DNA of 62,916 bases, the filler included, from Nemertoderma westbladi (taxonomy: Eukaryota; Animalia; Xenacoelomorpha), in NCBI GenBank assembly GCA_032718475.1. It is 3 parts of 3 records of this genome, joined end to end, with 100 filler letters (N's around TTAATTAATTAA, not from the genome) between each part and the next. Parts side by side here need not be neighbours in the genome. Positions count along the whole stretch, not along the records: positions 19,490 to 42,788 come from JAUCBJ010001175.1; positions 42,889 to 62,916 come from JAUCBJ010006306.1; 1 more part is not named here. The stretch is one strand, 5' to 3'. This document shows positions 36,301 through 47,796 of the stretch, piece after piece (the first letter of the stretch is position 1; every line of letters starts with the position of its first letter). Below the pieces are notes generated by a model. The model had not been told where the DNA came from. It did not search any database and was given only the letters and a program-made list of their open reading frames with translations. The position numbers were made by a program, and so were the translations under genes.

Positions 36301-36912
36301 TACTAATATTTTGTTAAATTTTTCTATTTGTTGGAATTTTCTATATTAATTGATACAAAGCTATAGTGTCAGTCCCTTCTATCATATCCTGTACATAAAA
36401 CATGTCACATGTTTGCTCCTTTCCTCTGCATTAATTCAGGTTCACAGTGTGCTGTGAATGACTGACTCATGATCAACATAATATAAATGGGGGTGGAAAA
36501 ACAAAGTGCCGGTTGTGGTAGAAGTAGAGGTAAACCACCACCGATGATCTGGGTTTAATGTCAGAAACAATGCATGGCATGAAAAGAATACTATTCTAGG
36601 ACATTATTACCTAATTTGGTCAATTTGAAAAATTTCACAAAGACCAAAATGCTGACTGCAAACTAGAATAAATATTATATATTAGCTTCTGCTGCTAGAT
36701 GGCATTCCCTGTTGGGCTCTTACTGCAGAAGGCATCAGATCAGCTGAGTGTACCTATGTACCACATAGATGCTATACAGGGTTCATGGATTACAATACAT
36801 TGCCCACTTTACAAACGAGGCATATCCTCGGTAGTAATATCCTATTACCTAAATCCAGCACCACCCTGCATGCTCGACAAATGAGTCTGGCTGGCTACTG
36901 ATATCTTACAAC

Positions 36913-38032
36913 GGTGTTGACGCGTTTCGGCAACTGATAGTAGCGTTAGAGCCGCGTTTAGGCAACTCATAGTCGCGTTTCGGCAACTGAGTGATGCATT
37001 TCGGAAACTCATACAGTAATTTCATTTCGGCAACTCAGTTGCATTTCGGCAAGTGTTAACGGGATGCGCATAGGCAAACTGATAGATGCGTTTCGGCAAT
37101 TGATAGATGCGTTTCGGCAACTGATGGGTGCGTTTCGGCAACTCGTAAACAAAGGCCAACTGGATACTGTATAGAGTCTACAGTGTAGAGATAGGTGGAA
37201 TCTCAACGTCACCATCGCATTGTATCAACATATAGGGTAGAGCAAATCAGTATTATTTATTACCTTTGCTTGCTTTTGCTTGCTTGCTACTCCAACACTA
37301 TTGACTCTTACCGCAGGCCTACACAAAACCAACAATAAACGAATATTATTGTTATTATGTCTGATCCATAAAATCAGAGTTAGCAGTTAGGGCTACTACA
37401 TCTGTCGGGAAGTCTATATCCCCTGAAAGCGTAATCATTGTACCGGTAGGCCTAATTGATCATCATTAGGACCCTTGAACAAGCAGCAAAATTGATGTTA
37501 GGTTTTGTTTCAATTTCATTTCTGAAGGCCGTCGTAGTACATTCAACAAAATATTTAAAAAAATTCATTCAAAAAAATTCAAAAAAATTACCAATTCAAA
37601 AAATTGTATCTGAAATTAATTATTACTGATTATTAATTATTACTACCCCGCCCAGCAAGGTGCGCTTCGCTTTGTATTAGAAAAAAATCGATTTTGGAAA
37701 TTGTAAACGGGATTTGTGGCTCAGACCGACAGATTCCAGTTCCAAACGTACAAATCCACAACTTCAGCTGCGGTATATTTAAAATTAACTAACTCAAACA
37801 GTTAACAACTCTACCGTCAAAAACTATAACTAACTTAAACTTGTCGTCATTTATAATATACTTACATAATGAGTGCAGTGACCTAGTTGCCGAAACGCGA
37901 CTTCAGTTCACCGAAATGAAACTACGAGTTGCTGAAGCACAACTATAGCAGTTGGTGAAACGTAATTATTCAGTTGCCGAAGCACGAATTTGAGTTGCCT
38001 AAACGTGACAGTTGCCGAAACGCGACAGAACC
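36913..38032. mobile_element. Non-autonomous foldback/MULE-like element with subterminal GCGTTTCGGCAACT repeats
   Basis: Left arm GGTGTTGACGCGTTTCGGCAACT with ~23-bp repeats; right arm inverted AGTTGCCGAAACGCGACAGAACC. Flanks CTTACAAC and CTTACAAA give a 7/8 TSD match. Confidence 0.75.
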
Positions 38033-39340
38033 CTTACAAACAGGTGGTATGAATTTCACACTATGTTTAGTGTGAATCCATTACTAGAAATTTTGTTCAA
38101 AACGTCGCGTGCGGTGATAGCTCAGCCCGAAAACAGTTGGCCTCGAGGTGCGTCCTAGGTGCGTCCTAGGCTAAGCTAAGGTCCGTCCTAGGCAGAGGGC
38201 TAAGGTACGTCCCAGGCAGAGACACGTGTGATTGGTTGTTCCACTTGCTAGCTAGGGAATTCCTTCTTGAATCCATCTTAGTAAGCGAGGCCTGTGATTG
38301 GCTAATTCAGAATTCATGAGCTGTTTGTTATTGAAAATTTTATGGATGCCGAGAATGGATTGTACAGTCTATGAATTAAGAATTAATTCAAATGTAACTA
38401 AATATTACGTTACGGAAAAAATTTACAAAAAATATGTGAATGCTCCATTTTATATTTTTTATTTGTATTCTTGTTAAAATCAAACAAACAGGTAAATAAT
38501 GAGTTGTGCGGTGTAGTGTAAATTCTCATTGTTTGGTTGTGTGGCAACTGGAGTAGCAGGCTGGGTATTTGGGTAGACCCAGTTGTGCGGGCCTGGACAG
38601 GGTTTCCATCCAATGCTAACATGTATTGCAACTGTATAATGTTTAGAATGCCAGTGAAACAAAATAGGAGGGCCCTTAGTAGTCAACTGGAGTGGCAGCC
38701 AATATCGTAAATATTCCTTCCAGAACATGTATTTATTTAACATGGGTTATATGCAGTTCATTAGTTGCACAGAAAAGGAGACACATAGTATGTTGAAGGT
38801 GGAGTTGATTCTATTGGTTGTCTGACTCGACGGCTGGGATATCCCAGTGAGCGTATACAATAGCAGGGCTTCCCTCTAATAAATAATGGTATCACAATGC
38901 TACTATAGTATATTATTTTTCATGGCTTGCGTTTATGTGCGTATTAATCAGTAGTATTTAGTATTGTAACTGTAACAACTGTGGTGTTAATAATATTTCT
39001 TATAATTGTATATATTTGCTGCTACCTGTAATACATTTTACTACTTTAATTATTTAATTAAATTAGTTCACCTAATTTTAACTTATTAATTGGATATTCC
39101 TGTTTTGATTTCTACATAAAATAACCGTATATACATTGCAGGTTTAGTTACATTTTAATTTTATAGTTTCGGTTTGTAATTTTTCACTTTGTCATACAAA
39201 CTTAAATTTGTAAAAAAAGCTCTGTAAGGTAAATACAGTAATTTTAAAAAATAAGCAATGCATAACACAGATACACAAACAGGGGGGGGGGGGGGGGCAG
39301 TGGAAAAGTGTACCCGGGCCGCTATGTCCTAAATTAGAGA

Positions 39341-39415
39341 TCAAGATACCATGAAGCAAGTTATTTTGCTATTAGGACTCCTAATAGCAAAATAACTTGC
39401 TTCATGGCATCTTGA
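39341..39415. repeat. 75-bp near-perfect palindrome (37-bp arms, 1-nt centre, one mismatch)
   Basis: TCAAGATACCATGAAGCAAGTTATTTTGCTATTAGGA-c-TCCTAATAGCAAAATAACTTGCTTCATGGCATCTTGA. Confidence 0.95.
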
Positions 39416-40402
39416 CGCAGTGGATAGCTGCCTTGTATTGTACATAGCCAACCAGTCTCTCTCTCTATCTGAGTAAGCCAAGCACATACTGTAGACTCCA
39501 TTATGTGGTTTACTTGTGCTAGTAGTAGATGCCACCAGGTCAAGGCTTGGTTATTGGCCTTATTAGTCAAGGCCTGCTTTACTCTGTATACATTTGACTT
39601 ATCACAGCAGACTCAGCAATGAGTCATCAATGTAACATATATGATATTATATTATATATATATAATATATATAATGATATTATATTCAGTTATCTGGTCT
39701 TTTGTGGTATTCCACTGCCATTTAATAGCTACTTATTGGTCTTTAAACAATGTCGAAGTCTCACCATTTTAAAGGATTGAAGTTTTACCGCGACAAGTTC
39801 ATAGCACTTGCTAACAGCCCGAGTGGGAGTAGGAATCTGTATGTAACTTTACAGTGTTTGATAACATAACTTTACAGTGTTTGAACCTATAACTTCTCAG
39901 TTTTTGATCCCATAACTTTAGGCCTAAAGTACCGTTTATCATTTATTATATTACAATTTTACCGATGTACAATTTTACCGTAATGTAAATAGTTTTTATT
40001 ATATTACAATATAATAATATTCTGTATTTTACAAAAGACCTACGATTTTATAATAGCTCAATTTATTATAATAGCTAATATGATTTCAATATAATGGTAT
40101 GTATAACGGTATACCTCTTTTTGTGCCATTTTGGTACATTGTTTTAATTACATAAACGTTTCACTGCAGTTCATTTGTGTAATGAGTAATGATTTATTTA
40201 ATCAATAAATATTTATCTACTAATTATTAAAAGCAAAGAAACATGTAATATTCAAATTTATATTTTCCCTTAATTTCAAACCCTCTTTTTAATTTTCCTC
40301 CCCTTTCGTCTTTATTATCTTTTTTAACGCAACACGTGGGCGTGGGGTGGGCCTTCGCGCCGCACAAGAGTGAGTTAGTAAGCCTAGATATCAATATATT
40401 TA

Positions 40403-40419
40403 GCACCACCTAGTGGCGG
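40403..40419 (-). promoter_or_regulatory. Single CTCF-consensus motif
   Basis: The minus strand reads CCGCCACTAGGTGGTGC; motif match only. Confidence 0.4.
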
Positions 40420-40675
40420 ACCAGGAAATGGTGCGACGCCAGAAACTGCCTCATTTATTTGAGACCAAAGATTAGACCGACTGACGACAGACCGTCAGAC
40501 AATCAGACAGACATACACGAGGTTGAGATAGTGATACTTGTAAACTAAGATCTCTAACTTTCTTGACTTTTTCTTTCCCTTCCCTTCTTTTCCTTTCTTT
40601 TCCCCTTTTCTCTTGCCCCTCTTTTTCCTCCTTTGTTATCATTTTTCTTCCCCCCTCCGATCAGGCTATCTTACC

Positions 40676-40748
40676 CCAGCCCTAGCTCAGTCGGGAGAGC
40701 GCTAGACTGAAGATCTAGAGGTCCCTGGTTCGATCCCGGGTCACCGCA
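40676..40748 (+). pseudogene. tRNA-Phe(GAA) pseudogene with a non-pairing 5' acceptor strand
   Basis: Intact D arm (GCTC/GAGC), anticodon arm CTAGA-CTGAAGA-TCTAG and T arm CCTGG-TTCGATC-CCGGG; 3' end TCACCGCA followed by oligo-T. The 5' CCAGCCC cannot pair with TCACCGC. Confidence 0.85.
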
Positions 40749-42090
40749 TTTTTTTTTTATTTTTTTTTTAATTTAGTGAATGAACGAATGAATAGTTAGC
40801 ATGAAGGCAGCAAACTCAATATCAGCAGGGGGATTCTGAATCCGCTTGCCTATTTTTATCTTAATAAGCTCTGAGAACTAGTTTATTTTAAAATTTTATA
40901 CCGAACACCTGAACCGTCGCTATCTCGAGGCAGATTTTACGTGTTTGCTTGCGTGTGAATGCTAATTTTGCAATTTTATGGTCGTATTCGGCCAAAAGTC
41001 AGCAGGTAGGAAACTATATAACAGCAGATACACCATCAGACTCACGCTGTTCTGTTCTATGTAATAGCCTGTCAAGAGAAGCTGCTTTGTTTGAGAGAAG
41101 GCTGACTCAAGTCCCGTTTTGTTAAGTTAGATTTGTATACATTGAAATTACACTATTAGTGCATTTCATACCGGTAAAGTCAAAGTGTAGTCACACCTCT
41201 GGTAGTACTGTGTGCTATTCGTGGCTACCCTTAAACACATTTATGATAATAATAATTGAATTTAAGTTTATTTAATTGTTTAAGTTTATTTAATTGATTA
41301 ATTTATGTTTGAAATGGTGAACAAGCTTTTGGACAAGAGTGACATTTATGAAATTTCTGAAAATCACCTGTGGCATAAAAACGCATGGCTAACATGGCAC
41401 AGATGTTGCGGTATTGGATGAGATGAAGCTGAACATTGATCTACAAAATTAACTGTAGCATTAATAAAACATTTGTACTTATTATATATTATAATACTGA
41501 AATTATTGTAATTTTATATCAGCTTTATGGTAAATAGTTTACAGTTTGGGTAAAATTCTAAAAACCCATGACTATCCGCAGGTATATATATATCTGGAAA
41601 GATATATTAGATTGGGGTCTGAATTATAAGTTCATTGCCAGGTTGTCGTTGAACTGAAGGTCTACTTGCAAGACCATCCCATAATATTCAATACTAATGC
41701 GTTTTTCACTCCTTTGGGCTTCTTAATTATTATTTACAACCATTTGTATACACTCATCAAATTACATTGAGAGTTCAATTTACTTTGCCAGGGTTCACCC
41801 GAAATGCTCTGGCTCAGCAGGTGTGACATTCACTACATTGGATGTACCGAGGCACTGAGCCAAGTTTATCCTGATATTTTTTTGTAAATTTTTTCATGAA
41901 TTTTGATCCATCAAGATGCATCTTGATATATAGGTAAATATGTGAAAATAGGTAAAACAAATCTGATTGGAGTACGATGTATGTAATAACAATTATATGA
42001 TAACAAAAAATTAGCAAGATGCTTAATTTATCAGTTTAAAATAAAGTAAAACCAACTCCAGGGTAAAATATGGCAACTGGTTGTCACGAA

Positions 42091-42788
42091 TTACCGTATC
42101 CTTCTTATGCATTTCCGGTATCGTTTAGATAGAAATACATACAGAAATGGATTTATCACTGACTTTAAATGTGTACACAAAATAGATAAATCCTTGAATA
42201 ATTTCCTATTTTGGAAACTTTTCCCATTCAATACACCGTCTCCATAATAAAGAGAACTTATAACATAAAACCACCATGGGAAATATATGGCAATGAAGGT
42301 TATGTAAATAACGACAATGCGCTTCACTATGGCCTTGTGTAGATTTCCGCTGACAACTTCCGACCGATTCCAATTATTTCTGACGATACATAACACAACC
42401 CCATAGGCACAACCTATGGCGAATATCGGCCCTACATAGGTCAAACAGAACACACTGAAAATATAAGCAGAGTAGCCATAACCTGGCCAATCTATAGTGC
42501 AATAGTATACCCGTGTACCTAAATGTGAGTAATAATAATTTTGTTTGGTGTGTATCCCCATCGGAGCAGCGCAAACAGCACCAGCAAACCAAATAAATAG
42601 ACATACGATTACTACTTTACGTGGATTTCCACCGAATCTTCGGTTTGTAAGGACTTGAGCTATTCGACAACGTTGAAAACTCATAGCGATCAAAGTAAAG
42701 ATGCTGACATTGACTGTAATTATATCGGTTAAGGTGTAGAGACGGCAACCAAAATCCATTATGTTGAAACTTTTAGGATAGTTTAATT
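42091..42788 (-). CDS. Rhodopsin-family (class A) GPCR, neuropeptide-receptor-like; ECL1/TM3 to C-terminus, 5' part lost in the gap
   Basis: The frame is open to the gap. TM3 Cys and SIFTLIAMSFQR, TM4 IW...AAP, ECL2 YYCTIDWP, TM5 YVGP...Y, TM6 FP, TM7 SVINPFLY, helix 8 SKRYRK. Confidence 0.9.
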
Positions 42789-42888
42789 NNNNNNNNNNNN
42801 NNNNNNNNNNNNNNNNNNNNNNNNNNNNNNNNTTAATTAATTAANNNNNNNNNNNNNNNNNNNNNNNNNNNNNNNNNNNNNNNNNNNN
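42789..42888. other. Assembly gap (44 N + TTAATTAATTAA + 44 N)
   Basis: Same layout as 19390..19489. Confidence 0.98.
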
Positions 42889-43328
42889 TATAAATGCAAG
42901 CAGCTGCTTTCCTGGCAGATAAGCGTAATCAGATTGGTCAGCGTACTCACATTGATGGGCGATTTTACAATGCCAGTCTGCCCCAACGGCAACACCTGTA
43001 TCCACAACCAACCATAGTGAAAATAGCAAGAAAATAGCCTTAAAGACTTCCTTCCATCTTGTGGGGCGAGCCACGAAGTTGGCGGAGCCTTAGCGAATTG
43101 ACACTGTTAGGGGGTGGGTCAATTTATGCAAATAGTTGTCGTCGTCGTCGTCGTCGTCGTTGTCGTCGTCGTCGTTGTCGTCGTCGTCGTTGTCGTCGTC
43201 GTTACGATTTTGACATGCTAATAACTTTGTCGGATTTAAAGCTGCCAAGTTGAAAATTTGTAGGTATCAATATGAGCAAAAGTTGAGATTTTTGAGAGAC
43301 TTTCAGACACCATCAGTGCAATGGTCTC

Positions 43329-44522
43329 CCGCTAGAGGGCCACATGTCTAAACATTAAATGGCCACCCATTTCTTTGCTTTTAAGCCGTTTAAGCTGAAA
43401 CTTGGGAAGTATGTACTAGACCATTAGCTGTAAATTTCAAAGGAGGCTAATCTGTCTGCAGTTCTCCAGTCTGCCGCTAGAGGGCGAAATGTCCCGAATG
43501 TGAAATTATTCTTCCATTTAGTTGTTTATGATCTGATTACGCTGAAACTTGTCATATATGTACTAGATGACATCCTGAGTCTTTGTGTGGATTGTAATCG
43601 GTCCGAAGTTTTCCAGTCTCCCGCTAGAGGGCCACATGTCTAAACATTAAATGGCCACCCATTTCTTTGCTTTTAATCCGTTTAAGCTGAAACTTGGGAA
43701 GTATGTACTAGACCATTAGCTGTAAATTTCAAAGGAGGCTAATCTGTCTGCAGTTCTCCAGTCTGCCGCTAGAGGGCGAAATGTCCCGAATGTGAAATTA
43801 TTCTTCCATTTAGTTGTTTATGATCTGATTACGCTGAAACTTGTCATATATGTACTAGATGACATCCTGAGTCTTTGTGTGGATTGTAATCGGTCCGAAG
43901 TTTTCCAGTCTCCCGCTAGAGGGCCACATGTCTAAACATTAAATGGCCACCCATTTCTTTGCTTTTAATCCGTTTAAGCTGAAACTTGGGAAGTATGTAC
44001 TAGACCATTAGCTGTAAATTTCAAAGGAGGCTAATCTGTCTGCAGTTCTCCAGTCTGCCGCTAGAGGGCGAAATGTCCCGAATGTGAAATTATTCTTCCA
44101 TTTAGTTGTTTATGATCTGATTACGCTGAAACTTGTCATTTATGTACTAGAAGACATCCTAAGTCTTTGTGTGGACAGTAATCGGTCCGGAGTTTTCGAG
44201 TCTGCCGCTAGAGGGCGAAATGTAGGAAAGTGATAACCTTTGCGAATTCCTTGATCTTAATCTATTTAAGCTGAATTTTGGAATATACAGTACCGGTATG
44301 TACTAGACCACATGCCTCGTCTTTGTGAGGAAGGTGATCGATCCGTAGTTCTTTAATATGCCGCTAGAGGGCTAAATGTATGAAAGTGAAAACCTTCCAA
44401 CATTTCGTTATTTATGATCCGTCAATCGGAAACTTGGTAGATATGTAATAGACCATAGGATGTGGCTTTGTAGGGAAACTAATCCTTCCTTCTTCAGTTA
44501 CCCAGTCTCCCGCTAGAGGGTT
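43329..44522 (+). repeat. Tandem array of 145/147-bp alternating units (292-bp dimer), each carrying CCGCTAGAGGG
   Basis: Motif starts at 43329, 43474, 43621, 43766, 43913, 44058, 44205, 44361 and 44510. Confidence 0.93.
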
Positions 44523-44587
44523 AACGTTTTCCGGGAAAATCTTCTCCTATGTTTTTATAATCCTTTCGAGTTGATACTTAGCATTAA

Positions 44588-45003
44588 CTCATTTCACGTG
44601 CTGCGCGAAGGCCCCACTTCGTGTAAAATAAGGTAAATGCAACCTTGCTGGGATGATCAGCAAGTCGACATTTGTGACCTTGAACGATGCCACCCTGTTG
44701 ATGGCCTGTTGGATATTACAGGTGCGGCCAGTCAATAACATTCCTTAACCGGTTTCCGGTTCTATAACTGGATTTGGAACAACGTCGAACTTGGATCAAG
44801 TGTAAGGCAGACCAAGAAATTTGTAGATGATATTTTCCGATTTCTCTGAATCTGTCCTTTTTGCACAATAATGTTTTGCAGCATAGCTTTCCAGCCGATA
44901 TCTTTGTGGGTCGTCGCCATGCGTGGAGGGAATGGAAATTGTTCTTATTAAACTCTTTACGTTTATGTTATACACGAAGTGGGGCCTTCGCGCAGCACGT
45001 GAG
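44588..45003. mobile_element. piggyBac-like MITE nested in the foldback element
   Basis: TTAA at 44584 and 45004. TIR CACGTGCTGCGCGAAGGCCCCACTTCGTGTA is inverted at the right end. Related ends occur at ~5361, ~40349 and ~62841. Confidence 0.85.
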
Positions 45004-45851
45004 TTAAATTTAATTTAAGTACTAATTCGAAAGTATTACTGTATTAGCAAATTTTAAGCAGATTTCGCCTAATCACTTTTTACCTCTTTCATTTCTATTC
45101 AGACATTTCTGACTCTAGCGGTATAGTGAGAACTGAAGATGGATTAGGGTCTCCAGCCCCACAAAGACACAGCCTATGGATGAATAGTACATACGTACAT
45201 CGGCCAAGTTTCATCTTGAATAACGGATAACGAAATGAGAGACGGATCTCACTTTCAGAAATTTCGTCGTATAGCGGCAGACCGATTAAATCTCCCCCCC
45301 CCCCCCCCCCCACAAAGACGCAGCATGTGGTCCAGAATATATGGCAAGATTCAGCTTAAACTGATTAAAATCAATGAGACGGGAGAATCTATTCACTTTC
45401 AGGCATAAAGTAGTCCTATAGCGGGTGACTGTTGAACTGATTTTCAACAAAACAAATTTTCAACTTGGCAGCTTTAAATTCGACAAAGTTATAAGCATGT
45501 CAATATCATAACGACGACAACGATTTCACTTTCAGACATTTGGCCCTCTAGCGGCAGACTGGAGAACTGCAGATGGATTCGCCTCCTTTGAAAGTCACAG
45601 CTAATGGTCTAATACATATCTGCCAAGTTTCAGCTTAAACGGATTAAAAGCAAAGAAATGGGAGGGCATTTAATGTTTAGACATGTGGCCCTCTAGCGGG
45701 AGACCATTGCACTGATGGTGTCTGAAAGTCTCTCAAAAATCTCAACTTTTGCTCATATTGATACCTACAAATTTTCAACTTGGCAGCTTTAAATCCGACA
45801 AAGTTATTAGCATGTCAAAATCGTAACGACGACGACAACGACGACGACGAC

Positions 45852-45883
<32 letters not shown>

Positions 45884-47796
45884 CAACTATTTGCATAAAT
45901 TGACCCACCCCCTAACAGTGTCAATTCGCTAAGGCTCCGCCAACTTCGTGGCTCGCCCCACAAGTTAATGCTATAAAGAAATTAGTGTGGCGAAGTAAGC
46001 GGAAAGTTGTTGATATTTTTTAATGTTGAAAGTTTGTAATTTTGAATCTAGTGGTTTCCGGTTTCGGTTTGTTACACTCCAACTTCATGACTGCGGAATA
46101 CGTTTGTTAAAAACCAGAGGTTGCCATATAACATGCAACATTGTTACCCAATGTTTTTTCGATCTTTTCACAATTGTCACTAATGTAGGTGTCGTTGTCG
46201 TGCATATATTGAAATTATCTCATTTGTTATTATCGTCAATAAATTACTATTAGGAATGGCTAACTGGAAACTGGCCCGGACCTAAGTCAAGGCCATATAA
46301 TACCATTGCAAATATATCATATATTGACGACATCCGAAGAAAAAATATTGCATTGCAATATTTGCATAGCACAATGGATTGAGGTGAATCGATGTTGCAG
46401 TAATATTGGCTGTCGACATTATTAATATGTGCGCATAGCAAATATTGGGTTCCTTGAGACAATTCACCGCTTATATTTGCAGGTCTAAATTCCATGTTTG
46501 TCGACTTGGGAGCAATTCGTTTATGCGCAGAGAACTCTACATCTTTATCAGCCAAACAACTATTAATCCCATGGGACATCGACTAACATTCTTCATCATT
46601 AATTATGTTGTGTAGGAGTGGAGGACAATAATATTGGAAACTCTACAAACATTCTCAAGAAATGCACGCCATGATGGCCAGTTGAGCTGCACGCACAATG
46701 GCACATAATAACAGAAGTCTAGTACAAACCATAAACTATAAACAACGGTTATGAAATGATTACTACAAATTTTTCTTCGACTGAAGCGTTAATGTCTTAG
46801 CGAAGTCGATAAACTGCCAATATAAAGTAAAGTCTATTTCGGAATGTTTAGCCGGAAATTGTTGGCGGAGTTGGAGGTCAGTGCCAGCAAGACTGTTTGA
46901 AACCCTTCCAATTTCCCCTAACAATAGTTCCAAAATGACTGTAACCCTTTCCGATTTTATGAGATTTATCACAAACTGGTTTGTATTAACAACAATATTC
47001 TACCTATTGAAATTATATCGCCACAATTCATGACAGTTTTGGTCGCTTTAATGACCGCAGGTGGGCAGGTGTTCTTCAATAATATTTGATGTGCACTTGT
47101 ATCGAAGTAGACGAATATCAACTTCTTCGTTTTAAAAAAAAATCAGTCGTTAATTCGCTACATTAATTGGTGTACATGGTCTCGTTTTATAAATAATTTG
47201 TCATATCATCAATGATTTATTGAACGGTTTCCCTTCCAAACGAGATGAACTCTTATGATAATTGGCTAGTTCTGTACCCGAAGTACGAAACTCTTTGCTT
47301 CCATTTGACATGGTACAAATCAAAGGAAATGCTGCTCTCGAAAACCCAATGAGCGGAAGTTAATTGACAACAGAAATGCTACCATTTTAATTAGATAAAT
47401 AATAACGATACAAATTGTAGCACAGAAACACTGATATATTACAGATAATATATACACTATCGCACATAACTCAAAGTATGCCCGCCGAATCACCCAAAAA
47501 TATAATGATACTAATCAAAAATTTGGAATTCACAATTAATGCTTGAGGACTAATTAATTACCTGTTGATATATCGTCCCTTTTCCCTTCCTGTAATTGTG
47601 TCACAAAACTGAAAGCCCAGAGATACCTTAATAAAAAGATTTTATCTATCCTAATATGGACTGTCATATCAGTTGAGGATATTCCATATTGCTGATATGT
47701 AGACCAAAAATGATTCCATGAATTCACTCTAAGTCATATTTAAATATTTAAGCTAATTAATTTAATTTGTTGTTATAATTGTTAAGATAATAAGTT

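Larger units (their letters stand above)
43060..45962. mobile_element. Foldback-type non-autonomous DNA element: ~430-bp near-identical TIRs, (GTC)n microsatellite, internal ~146-bp tandem units; no TSD seen
   Basis: TGTGGGGCGAGCCACGAAGTTGGCGG... at 43060 is inverted exactly at 45962, and ORFs 43059+ and 45775- mirror each other. Flanks are CATCT and AGTTA. Confidence 0.9.

Noticed and set aside
43059-43253. Protamine-like Arg-rich ORF (mirrored at 45775..45963)
   Set aside because: It is the translation of the (GTC)n microsatellite within the transposon TIRs.
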